A stretch of 64,000 nucleotides of DNA from Chlorokybus atmophyticus (lineage: Eukaryota; Plantae; Mesostigma and Chlorokybus algae). The notes beneath the pieces are model-generated. The model saw only the letters and a program-made list of their open reading frames with translations, ran no database searches and was not told the DNA's origin. Made by a program: the position numbers and the translations under genes. The stretch covers positions 108,482 to 172,481 of the forward strand of contig RHPI01000732.1 in assembly GCA_009103225.1 (NCBI GenBank). Reading direction: 5' to 3'. Positions 13,853 through 24,996 of this stretch are shown in pieces (position 1 is the stretch's first letter; every line of letters begins with the position of its first letter).

Positions 13853-14339
13853 TATATGGTGCGGCACGGACCAGTCAGCCACGTTGGTTCTTGGATGCGG
13901 ACCAGGTACGGTTCCGCAGCGTTGCGGTCCTGCTGTCGCGCGTGGTACCCAATCCTTTCGGTACAGCAGCTGGTGCGGCACGGACCAATGACTTTGCTGG
14001 TCCGTATGCATTTATTGACAGGCCGCCGCCCCGGCTGTCGGAAATTGCTCACCGACAGGTGGACAGCCGCAAATGGTCGGCGGCTAACTGATAGCCGGGC
14101 TGTCAGTTATTAATTGATAAGCTGTAAGGGGCTATCTGTGCAATTATCATCGTTATCATAACTGCATGTGCACGAAGCTGCGAATATTATAGACATGTTC
14201 TCGTAACATGCAATAATGTATATATGTACATATACGTCATATAAATAAATATCATCTATAATGATATCTCCAGAATACTTTTAACGCGCACATCACTAAA
14301 TAGACTGATGTGTATGTATATGTATATGTATTTTTATGT

Positions 14340-14425
14340 GTACATGTACTTATACGTGCATATATGTATATATATATATACATATATATATATATACATA
14401 TATATATATATGCATGTATGCATGT
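14340..14425. repeat. (TA)n-type microsatellite
   Basis: TATATA/TACA runs directly visible. Confidence 0.9.
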
Positions 14426-17400
14426 GTATGTTTTCGTGCATCTAGAAAAACAACTGTCAGTCACACAACATCCTCTAATAAGATCATTGGCACATGTAGA
14501 CAACCCCCCTTATCAAATGTTCTACTTCAATTCCTCTAGCAGCCGCCGAATTACGGATGTCCATTCAGTTACTTATGATTGTTCATAATGTGATATTGAT
14601 ACAGCTTATGCATGTTTATAGCATGCACTGCATGGGCTCAGCTTATGGGCATATCTATTGACAGTCGCCAGCGGCCGTCGACACATGGCAAACTATTATT
14701 CAGCTAATTCGCCGTCCCCACCAGTATGTGCGCTTGTGGCTTATAGATTATGGCGTCATTTCAATGCTGCAAGTCGTAAGTTCGAGATGTTGTGAATGCT
14801 TGTGTTCTCGACCAACCATTTCACATACGCGGCCTCGTGCGCCGTAGGGGCGTGGCCGGGTGCCGTTAGCACAAAATCAAGCCGCTTTTTATGCATTCAT
14901 TGTTAAATCAGTGGCTAATTTGATGTTTTTTCTTAATTTTTCGGTTTATAGTCTGTTGGCCAGACCCGTGATAATTGCGATTTTGATATTGTATGATTTA
15001 GTGCCTGCTCCGCTGCCCGGACGCTACTTGGTCCTCACGCGAGCGAGATCGACCAGGCCATACATGGTGCGACCCATAAAAAATTGGTACCGTTCACGTG
15101 AGGTTTGAACCATGCATGGCTCGACTGTCAATGATAGTCTAATCATAAATGGTCCACGGAATTTAGTTTGAAGGGGAAAATCCCGGTCCAAAGGTACGGA
15201 CCATTCCTTTGACGTCAACCGGTTTGTGGGGTACTTGGTTCGCTGTTGAAGGGGCATTCCCCCTCATCTCTCTTGTGGGGTGGGGTGGGGTGGGGTGGGG
15301 TGGGGTGATAGGCGTGTGTGTGCCTGGAGCTGGAGCTGAGTGGAGAGGGCCGGGGTCATTCCCTCCTCCCTTGGTGCTGAGCTGCAACTTCCCCTGCGAG
15401 ATGCTGCACCGGTGACGCTGGGACTTCCATCTGTAAGTTCTCAGTGCTTGTGCATAAGTTTGCCAAGCCCCGACCAGCAAGTAAGTCGTGGTATCTTTAC
15501 ATTGGACTCGGAGCTTGTTTCCAAGCCTTGCATGCTTGTCCATCAGCTTGTACACGCTGCTGACTGGTGCATGCGTTGCATCCTTTGCTTACATGCACTA
15601 CATAGCAGTGTTGCACGCTGATTGTGCATAGTAGTTGGCATTTCTAGCTGCGTGCACGCTTGCATGCAACATGGCCCATACGGTATGGGCCATGTTGCAT
15701 GCTGATTGGGGCACGAGTTGTGTGCATTTGCTGATCATAAGCGGCTTTGCACACATATGCTTGTTGCTGCACTGACTGCGCGTATGTACGTGAGTGCGCA
15801 CATATGCATCTGTTAGGGTGCTGTCTTAGCTGCACGCGCCTTTGCATGCACGGTGCGAGCTGTTTCTGATGCTGATTCACGCTCTTGTCGCGTGTATTAG
15901 TTGCTTGTGCACGCCTTTGCACATGCAGTTGCTTGCTGACCAGCAACCAGTGCACTTGCTGCATGTATGCGCGTATGACTGCGCGTGTGCATGCCTGTGT
16001 ATCTGTTACAATGATGTCTTAATTGCACGCACACTTCCAGGCTAGTTAAGGGTTGTTGGGCGCTCTGATCGTGCCGTGAATTTGTGCATATGCATTCGCT
16101 GCTTGTTGCTGCACCTGTTGCACGTGTGTGCACGTGTGCGCATGAGTGCATCATGTCATGGTGACTGCACCGAGTGGTGTGGTTTTCAGCTGCGCGCACA
16201 CTTGCATGCCATGTATGGGCTGTTTCACAAGCTGAGTTGATCATCAGTCGTGTGCGTTTGCATCCGTGATCGGCTTTGCACACGCATTTGCTTACTGCTG
16301 CACTTGTTACATGTATGCGCGCGTGTGCGCGCGAATACGGTTGTTAGGTGACCGCACTGTGTGGTGATGGTTCAACTTTTAATAGGCACGGCTGAGCACG
16401 AGCATGCAGCTCGGTGAAGCTTAAGCTACGAAGTGTTTGAGGTCATCCTCTGATGTATGAGGGAAATAAAGCAAGCAGCATACGGCATACATGTATGCAA
16501 CTGAAATTGCAAATGGACATTTGCTCTGTAAATGTTGATAAGCAATGCACTTATATAGTGACTTGATGTCACCTTCCCCATCATGCAACGGTACTATAAA
16601 AGAGGATGAGTTGAGTATACATGCGCATACTCAAACTTTGCAATGTATGCAACTGGGTGATGTTGTGTGACCTTGCGAGCACATGGGCACAATGTCGTAC
16701 CCATTGTTAAGTATAATGCATCTCGTACTACTGTCTCCGTTTTTCTTCGAATACCAAGCAGGTGACAAGATTAGTATGGCAAGGAACCTAAACCCTGCTA
16801 CGTGTAATGAAGCGGACTGCCAATGCGATACGAACCCCGTTATTTGGTATGTCTTCTAGCAATGTATGCCAGCTTATTTCGAGTTGTTGCATGCGTATGC
16901 CACTTGAGTACAATGAGTAGCACGCAATGCCTTATTCAAGTTGTGCAAGTCTTCATGCCTATGCATGGGTTGAAACCAGCTGTATGCGGACATAAAGAAG
17001 CACAACAAAGCTTGCGGCCTTGAAAAGGTTGGTGAGCCTTAGTAGCTCTCCTTTAAGGCTATCGTTTAGTTAATGTAGCAATTGCACACCGCTTGACGTT
17101 AAAGGACCATGAATGGTCCGTGCCTTCGGGCCGGGATTTTGCCCTGCTTAGTGAAATCGGTGGATCATATCCGACAGTCGGACCATGCATGCATGGTAAA
17201 AACCTCACGTGAACGACGTCCCATGTTTGTTTGGGGTCGCACCATATTTGGTCCGGCCGGTTTTCGGTCGCGTCAGGACCAGGTACAGTCTACCCTCGCT
17301 AAGAGCATACTGTTTATCCTCAGCCATCTTATGCTCTTGGCGGGGTTATTCTCTAAGCGTTTAAGAGCATAATATGCTATTGACTGCCAAGAGCATAAAT

Positions 17401-20380
17401 ATGCTATTAGCGGGGTCTTGTGTATGATACTTTTTCGCTTTAGCATGGTGAGCAATGGAGCTCAACAATGCCCATGTTGCTACATTCTCGCTTGAATACC
17501 ATACAATTGCGTTGCTATAGTCAGATGAATCGAAACAACATTCTTGCCATATGTGTGACATGCAACCAAGATGCTGCGGTTGTAATGCATTGTTTAATGT
17601 ATATCTGCTAAGCCTGTCAATGGGCTTGAAATGTGTTTCAGTGTGTTGACTTTTGTGTATGATGCAAAGCATGCACACTTGCATGCATGTCTCATGCCTT
17701 GAACATAATGAAAGTTCGCATGTACATCAAACATCTCAGCCACTAGTCATCAACTACAAGAGGGTCTTCGGCCGTTGCACTGGTGGTGGCTGCGTGTGAT
17801 GTTGATGCCTCATTGCTCGAGGCATGAAAGAACTCGTGCAAGCGTGTCTGGTGCGAGGAGCCAAATAGTTGATGACGAATCACCATTTTGCGGATGTGCC
17901 GCAACGCCAACTGTAGATGCTCAGGCGTAAAGCACTCACTGCCAGCCACGAAGGCCTCGATACTGTCCAAGTGCTGAAGACACCCGAATGTCGTCACAAC
18001 CGGCGGTGCGCACTCACCATCATCTGCAATGTGTTATGTGAAAATTATGAGAAGGAAAGCTACATACGGTGTGCATGCACGCGTACACACCTTCCGCGTC
18101 GGGATCGGCGGTGTCGTCCATCGGTGGAGTCAGTGCCCCAACACTCATCAAAATGTCCTCGTCACATTGGCTAGCCTCAGTAGGAAGATGATCATCCGCC
18201 TCGACGAACTCGTCAGCGGAGAGCATGTCAGCACGTGGAATGGGCAAACGCTGCATCATCTCACCCGTGTCGTGTATCACCGCGTGAATGATGCGCTCGG
18301 TGTCGGCGGGAGTGGCCTCATACCATTCCGCGGGGGTAATGCCAGTCTTCCTCCAGCAGTTGGCAATGGTTGTGGCAGTCAGCTCGTCCCACGCCTCGCG
18401 ATTCCACATCATGGCTTCACGCATCTGCACCTTCACTTTACTCAAGTCGAGGGTGGGGTCTGCATCATAATGCTAGAGAAGATGCTGCACAAGCTTCCTT
18501 TTGTACCTGCACATAAAGACCATCAACAACATGATGTACACCACAACAAACTCTGACAACCCGAAAATTCTGTTAGATTGATAGAAATAAAGGCTCTGTT
18601 TGTTCTTAACACGGCATGTATTGTGACTTACCTGGCCTTGTATGCAGCGATGATGCGAGCATCTAAAGGTTGGACTCTGGATGTAGTGTTGGCCGGAAGA
18701 AACAGACACTTTATGTGGCTTAGTGACAGCGTTCGGAAGCCTTCTTCCAAGCCCTGTTCTGCATACACGCAGGCATGCGTTGAGGAGCTGTCCATCAGCA
18801 GCAAGATGTGGCGGTTCTGTAGCTTCATATCTAGATTGAAGGCACACAACCACCGGCTGAAGACCTGTCGCAAGCATCACAACAGTAAGTGACATGCACA
18901 ATCAATGCATATGCAGCTGCAAATGAAGTTGCATATGCACATGCACTCACCCCGGAGTTCATCCAAGCCTTCTTGTTGTAGTCGTAGTCAACGCCAATGC
19001 GGATTGGCGTCCAAGTGCTGCCAAAGGACTTCGGACGCTTGTAGGTGCCAATGATGAGGACTGGTCGCTTTTCAGAACTGTCAGCGTTGACACACAAAAC
19101 TGCCGTGATTTTGTCCTTCTCTCGCTTGCCCCCTCTAGCTTCCTCCGATGCAACTACTAATGTACGACGCGGACGTGCTCTATTGAACACTCCGCTCTCA
19201 TCCATGTTTCATACATCAATGATGCGATAGTTTGCTAAGATCAAAGGCAATCCACTACGAGCTGCATCCACACCCTCCGCATCTGCATCAGCTGCTTCGC
19301 CATGCAGAGTTTTCGCAGCAATTGAATGACGCTTCTTGAAACGGTGCACCCAACCTTGCGAAGCGTTGAACCCTTCTATTCCTAACCGGTTGGCAAAATC
19401 TGATACTTTCTCCATCAACAATGCATCAGTGATCAACGCATTGCGTGCTCTGGCCTGTGCAAACCACTCATACAATCCATCTTCTAACTTGGGATGAGCC
19501 CCAATCCGCATCCTTTTGTTTTTGGCCGCATGCTTGCCACCCACAGCCAACGCATCGGCTATTTGCTGTCGCTGTTTTTTGAGAAGTTTGGAGAGCGAAC
19601 TCTGCTTGATAGTGAATGTAACAGTCAAGGCCAAATTCTGTGATTTTCATGGCCGTTTTAGGCCTTATTTGTAAGGTACATGTTGTTAATGACTTGTGGC
19701 GGATATCGGCGAGTTATGAGTCTGCCGCGGATATCGACCGGGGCCCCAAGACCAGTCCGGAAGGTGCCAGAAAACGGAGGGCCAGTCGAGAAGGGCTCGA
19801 CCAGATTTCTGGAAGGGCCTGGCGCCAAGTAGTATCACTTGACCATATGAGCAGCAAATTAGGAGATCTTTGGTGCGTTGGAAAGGTCTAGAAGTGTACT
19901 ACAAGATTCTGCAAGAGTATCTTAGCTTCTAGTTCTGTCTAGCGCTAGAATCGTCTAGACAGTAGCATGTGCAGACTGGTAGGTATAAAAGTGACATTCT
20001 ACAACTTGCAATACAACCTTTAGCTCCCTAGTTTCTTGTGTGCAAGCTTGGTGGTGGTTAGCAGGGGTTGCTAGCGTGTGCCCACCGGTGTGTGCTTGCT
20101 TGTGTGACGATCCAAGGCGCTACACAAGTCGGTGTGTAGCTTCGAGCGCATGCGCGTGCGTACGCGAGTGGCGGGGCGCGCGTGTGTGCTTGGCAGAGGG
20201 GGCAAGGTTCCGGTGTGAATACCGTGTCTTGGTGAGAGGGTTGTGGATTGGACCAACTCACAGGTGACAAGGCACGAGCACCGTCACAACTGGTATCGGA
20301 GCGCGGTGAACGAAGGTGAGAGAGGAAGTGTGAGCGTGTACACTTTTCTTTCGGAAGCGGAGTGTAGTGTGTTAGTGGAG

Positions 20381-21409
20381 ATGGAGGATGCTCGCATGGA
20401 AGAGCTTCAAGCTGCCATATTAGCATTGAGGGAAGAGCTTCATCACACTCAAGCGGCGGCACAAGCACAACGCGAGGCGTATGAGCATGCGATGGCGCGT
20501 GTACAAATTCCCATGGCATCAAGCTCGCGCGTGCATGTGAAGGTGCCAAAGCCCAAGCCATTCAAGGGTCAACGTGATGGAGATGCAGTGGATGAATGGA
20601 TTTTTCAAGTATCGTCTTGGTTGAAGCTCACGGAGGTGCCCACGCATCTGCACGTGGAGGTTGCAGCGACATTGCTTGAAGGTGCAGCACTTGTGTGGTG
20701 GAGGCATCGATGTACGCGAGTTGCAAACGGGTTGGCGCTACCATTGACCACCATGGAAGAGTTGGCACTGGAGGTCAGGCATCAATTTGTTCCCGTTGAG
20801 AGCGTGAAGGCCGCACGCGACAAACTTGCAGCCCTTGTGCAAATGGGGTCGGTGATGGCGTACACGGCCGCGTTTCAGCGATTGGTGATGTCCATACCCA
20901 ATATGACCGAGGAGGAGCAGTTGGACAGGTATACACGTGGTTTAAAACCTTTGGGGCGTAAAGAAGTGGAGCTACGGGACCCGAAGACACTCGCGGAGGC
21001 TATACGCATCGCGGAGCGTCTCGACGCGTTGTACTTCAAGTCCACCACAAGAAACACTGACTGGAGGCAAAGGCATGGTGATCAGCCCCGGGGAGGCTTT
21101 CAACATGCATGGAGACGAGGAGAACCAAGTTCAGCACCTGCCAATGGAGGTGGAGCTGACTCTGGGCCTGCACCAATGGAGGTGGGTGCCATACACACGC
21201 ATGGAAGTGAGGCGAAGCACGGCGGACGTGGTGAAAGAGGTAAAGGTGTGCGCAAGTGTTATGCGTGTGGGTCGACGGAGCATTTGGCGTACGGATGCCC
21301 CAAACGAAGCACGCAAAGGCCAACACCGGATGGCAACCCTCGCCGTGATCGTCGCGTCAACACCATGGAGCAAAATGGCGTGGAGCAGGAAAACGACTTC
21401 CCCCAGTAG
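20381..21409 (+). CDS. gag: Gag with retrotransposon gag domain and CCHC zinc knuckle
   Basis: PKPFKGQRDG..DEWIFQV, LLEGAALVWW, CYACGSTEHLAYGC; uninterrupted ORF. Confidence 0.93.
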   Translation: MEDARMEELQAAILALREELHHTQAAAQAQREAYEHAMARVQIPMASSSRVHVKVPKPKPFKGQRDGDAVDEWIFQVSSWLKLTEVPTHLHVEVAATLLEGAALVWWRHRCTRVANGLALPLTTMEELALEVRHQFVPVESVKAARDKLAALVQMGSVMAYTAAFQRLVMSIPNMTEEEQLDRYTRGLKPLGRKEVELRDPKTLAEAIRIAERLDALYFKSTTRNTDWRQRHGDQPRGGFQHAWRRGEPSSAPANGGGADSGPAPMEVGAIHTHGSEAKHGGRGERGKGVRKCYACGSTEHLAYGCPKRSTQRPTPDGNPRRDRRVNTMEQNGVEQENDFPQ

Positions 21410-24400
21410 GTGAGGAGGCTACTGCTGGGGATAGGAAGGAGCCTCATGCACGGACGGATGCTGTGACATTTCCATTAAAGAAGCAAGAAGAGATGGCTTT
21501 GAACGCGCCAATGGTGGTGAGTTATGCAAACGAGGAGACAACAAAGTACTTCGGGCTTCGAGCACACATTTGCGATGACCAAGGACGATGGAGAGAGTGT
21601 AAGCTCATGATTGATAGCGGTGCCAACAGCAACTTCATGAGTATTGATATCGCGCGGCGTTACGGTTGGCTTTCGTCATTACGAGGAGGTGAAGTGAAGC
21701 TCGCTGATGGAGAGCCACCCTCTGGAGGTGATGGCGCTGCGTTTATGACCAAGGAGTTGTGCGTTCGCATTGGGAAGATGAAAGAGAGCATGCGGTTTTG
21801 CTGCATCACCCTACGGAACGGGTTTGATGGGATTTTGGGACTACCGTGGCTATGGCAACATAATCCAGCCATCAATTGGAGGAAGCGCGTGCTCACCATC
21901 GAGCGAAACGGTGGAGAGTCCATTCAAGCTGCATCGGACGTCATCGAGGCGCGGCACGCACAATTAGGTGGTACGACAATTGCCCAGATCTCTTATGTGC
22001 AATTGAGGAAGTTATTGTCTCCACGGAAGGCAAAGGCTGCATGGTTGTGCGTGGTGCGCGAAAACACTGCAAAGTCAGCACCGGAGCTGAGTGACGATGT
22101 TCAGACGGCTACTATGGACCCCGAGGTGTGTAAACTTGTTAAAGAATATCAAGATATCATGGTGGACGGACTTCCATCTGGTCTACCACCTCCACGGAGC
22201 GCAGACCACCGTGTGGAGCTGATTGAGGGCGTGCACAAGCCACCGTATCGACCCGTATACAAGTTGTCACCTTTGGAGCTGGAAGAGGCCGAGAGGCAGG
22301 TGGCGGATTTGCTAAAAAGAGGCTACATCAGGCCTAGTAAGTCCCCCTATGGTGCACCTATTTTGTTTGTACGAAAGAAGAACGGGAGCTTGCGCATGTG
22401 CGTCGACTACCGAGCTCTCAACAACATCACGAAGAGGAATTGCTTTCCACTCCCACGTATCGACGAGTTGCTGGAGCAATTGCAAGGTGCGCAGTACTTC
22501 ACAACACTTGATCTTGCTGGAGGTTATCACCAAATTCGCATCGCGCCCGAGGATGTGGAGAAAACAGCTTTTAACACACGTTATGGGCACTACGAGTGGT
22601 TGGTCATGTCCTTCGGACTTACGAACGCACCGGCAACATTTCAAACGCTTATGAACAGCGTTTTTGCTGACTTGATTGGTAAGGGAGTCCTCGTGTACCT
22701 CGACGACATTTTGGTGTACGCGACAACAAAGGAGGAGCACGTGGCACTTCTACGGCGCGTGTTGCAGCGTTTGCGCGAACACAAGTTGTACGCCCAGCTA
22801 CAAAAGTGCAAATTCTTGCTTCGAGAGGTGGAGTACCTAGGCCACATTGTGTCGCATGAAGGCATCAAGCCGGACCCCAACAAAGTGCAGGTGGTGCGCG
22901 AGTGGGCTGCCCCGACCAATGTAAAGGAGGTGATGTCCTTTTTAGGCCTTGCGGGGTATTATCGCAAGTTTATTATGGGGTTTTCGCGCATAGCTGCTCC
23001 CTTGACTACCCTACTCAAGAAGGGAAAGCATTGGAGCTGGTCAGCAACAGAGGAACATGCATTTGCTGCGTTGAAGAAGGCGCTGACGGAGGCACCAGTC
23101 CTGGCTCACCCCGACATGGAAAAGACATTTATTTTGGCTTGCGACGCGTCCGACACAGCCGTAGGAGCTGTTTTGCAGCAAGACCATGGCAACGGCCTTC
23201 AACCAGTAGCATTCTTCAGCAAGAAGATGAGTGGTGCGGAGCTGAATTACCCCGTGCACGAGAAGGAACTTTTAGCGCAAGTCATGGCGCTACGACAATG
23301 GCGTTGTTTTCTGGAAGGCAAAAAGTTCGTGCTTGAGACGGATCACTCTCCACTGAGGTACTTACAAACACAACCTCATCTGAGTCGCAGACAAGCTCGA
23401 TGGCTTGAGTTCTTTCAACTTTTTGACTTCGATATCAAGTACAAGCCCGGTACGTCAAATGGTGTTGCTGACGCGCTGAGCCGGCTTAATGCAATTGAGG
23501 CACTCGCTCAAGTGCAGCCCGAGTGGACCGACCAGATTCGGCAAGTGCTTCGTGAAGACACGGAGGGTATGAAAGTGTTGCAAGAGCTGGAAAATACAGC
23601 TACGGACACAAGTGGGCACTGGTCAATGCGCGACGGGCTGCTGTGGCACCATGGGCGCTTGTACATCCCCAACGTCGCGCATATCCGTGTGAAGTTGCTG
23701 AAGGAAGCTCATGACGTGCCCATTGCTGGTCACCAAGGGTTGGAAAGGACTTTGGCAAGCTTAAAACAGCGTTTTTACTGGCGAGAGATGCATCGCGATG
23801 TGCGCGACTACGTGGCGTTGTGCGACGCATGCCAAAGGGTGAAGGCAAGCAACCAAAAGCCAGGTGGGTTGCTGCAACCTCTCCCTGTGCCATTGTCCAA
23901 GTGGGAGCAAGTTACCATGGACTTTATCACGGGGCTACCAAAGACAAAAGAAGGGTACGACGCTATACTTGTGTTCGTCGATAAAACCAGCAAAATGGTA
24001 CGCTTGGCACCGTGTAGTGAGTCTTGCACGGCACCGGAGGCAGCACGCTTGTTCGTGAAGCATGTATTTCGTTCTCATGGATTACCACGAAGCATTGTGA
24101 GTGATCGCGACCCGCGCTTTACAAGTAAGTTTTGGGAGGCGCTGCATAGTGCACTGGGTACCACACTGAAGTTTAGCACGGCATTCCACCCGCAAACTGA
24201 TGGGCAAACGGAGCGGGCCAACCGTGTGATCGAGGACATGCTGCGTTGCTACGTTAACGCGCGACAAGACAATTGGGAGGAGCTGCTTGAGTTGGTTGAG
24301 TTTGCGATCAACAACCACCACAATGCAAGCACAGGTGTCACTCCCTTCCTTATGAACTACGGGCAACATCCATTGACACCGTTGACGGCATGGACACCGC

Positions 24401-24996
24401 GACGACATGACGTGCGTGTGGAGGCAGCTAATGACTTCCTTACAAAGTGCGCGGACATTAACAAGGCAGCTAGGGATGCGTTATTGGTGGCACAAAATCG
24501 GCAGAAGCAGTACGCGGACGCGCATCGCCGACACCTCACGTTTCAGGAAGGCGACATTGTGTTACTCTCCGCGAAGCACGTCCAGGTGCGTACGGGAGTT
24601 CGCAAGCTGAATGAACGCTGGTTGGGACCATTTAAGGTCAGCAAAGTTATCTCGGACGTGGCGTACAAGTTGGAGCTACCCGACACCATGCGTGTGCACC
24701 CCGTTTTTCACGTCTCCCTTCTGAAAGCATATCGAGGACAACCGCCAGAAAGGCCACCCCCCGAAGTTGGCACGGACGGTGAACCCGAGTGGGAGGTAGA
24801 AGACATCCTTGGTGAGAAGTTTGTGCATGGCGTACGCAAGTTCTTAGTGAAATGGAAGGGCTATCCGTTGCATGAAGCATCCTGGGAGCCAGAGGCACAC
24901 TTGACTAATGCTCAAGACGTTGTGCGTGCCTATCTTGCTCGACGACAACCTCGCGAGCTTCGAGGACGAAGCTCACCTGGGGGGGGAGGAGTGTAA
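21349..24996 (+). CDS. pol: Pol (protease, RT, RNase H, integrase, chromodomain), -1 frame relative to gag
   Basis: LMIDSGANSNF; [20 protein letters not shown]; ACDASDTAVGAVL; AHDVPIAGH..CDAC; MDFITGLP, SDRDPRF, GQTERAN; WLGPFKV; WEVEDIL..FLVKWKGYPLHEASWEP. Frame is open from 21349 with no stops. Confidence 0.96.
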   Translation, partial: SSRQHHGAKWRGAGKRLPPVGEEATAGDRKEPHARTDAVTFPLKKQEEMALNAPMVVSYANEETTKYFGLRAHICDDQGRWRECKLMIDSGANSNFMSIDIARRYGWLSSLRGGEVKLADGEPPSGGDGAAFMTKELCVRIGKMKESMRFCCITLRNGFDGILGLPWLWQHNPAINWRKRVLTIERNGGESIQAASDVIEARHAQLGGTTIAQISYVQLRKLLSPRKAKAAWLCVVRENTAKSAPELSDDVQTATMDPEVCKLVKEYQDIMVDGLPSGLPPPRSADHRVELIEGVHKPPYRPVYKLSPLELEEAERQVADLLKRGYIRPSKSPYGAPILFVRKKNGSLRMCVDYRALNNITKRNCFPLPRIDELLEQLQGAQYFTTLDLAGGYHQIRIAPEDVEKTAFNTRYGHYEWLVMSFGLTNAPATFQTLMNSVFADLIGKGVLVYLDDILVYATTKEEHVALLRRVLQRLREHKLYAQLQKCKFLLREVEYLGHIVSHEGIKPDPNKVQVVREWAAPTNVKEVMSFLGLAGYYRKFIMGFSRIAAPLTTLLKKGKHWSWSATEEHAFAALKKALTEAPVLAHPDMEKTFILACDASDTAVGAVLQQDHGNGLQPVAFFSKKMSGAELNYPVHEKELLAQVMALRQWRCFLEGKKFVLETDHSPLRYLQTQPHLSRRQARWLEFFQLFDFDIKYKPGTSNGVADALSRLNAIEALAQVQPEWTDQIRQVLREDTEGMKVLQELENTATDTSGHWSMRDGLLWHHGRLYIPNVAHIRVKLLKEAHDVPIAGHQGLERTLASLKQRFYWREMHRDVRDYVALCDACQRVKASNQKPGGLLQPLPVPLSKWEQVTMDFITGLPKTKEGYDAILVFVDKTSKMVRLAPCSESCTAPEAARLFVKHVFRSHGLPRSIVSDRDPRFTSKFWEALHSALGTTLKFSTAFHPQTDGQTERANRVIEDMLRCYVNARQDNWEELLELVEFAINNHHNASTGVTPFLMNYGQHPLTPLTAWTPRRHDVRVEAANDFLTKCADINKAARDALLVAQNRQKQYADAHRRHLTFQEGDIVLLSAKHVQVRTGVRKLNERWLGPFKVSKVISDVAYKLELPDTMRVHPVFHVSLLKAYRGQPPERPPPEVGTDGEPEWEVEDILGEKFVHGVRKFLVKWKGYPLHEASWEPEAHLTNAQDVVRAYLARRQPRELRGRSSPGGGGV

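Larger units (their letters stand above)
13489..15228. mobile_element. Non-autonomous CACTA-like DNA element, copy 1 (CACAC/CACAA termini, palindromic subterminal repeats)
   Basis: Imperfect TIRs CACACGGCTTGAC / CACAAACCGGTTGAC(rc) and repeated ACCAT-n-ATGGT palindromes. It interrupts the gypsy A 5' LTR relative to the 3' LTR, and both ends match copy 2 at 17085-26523. Confidence 0.7.

Noticed and set aside
13500-14110. CRISPR-like or bacterial REP array suggested by repeated palindromes
   Set aside because: No constant repeat-spacer periodicity and a eukaryotic context; explained as subterminal repeats of a CACTA-like element.
14252-14588. YIYIYI ORFs
   Set aside because: Translation artefacts of the (TA)n microsatellite.
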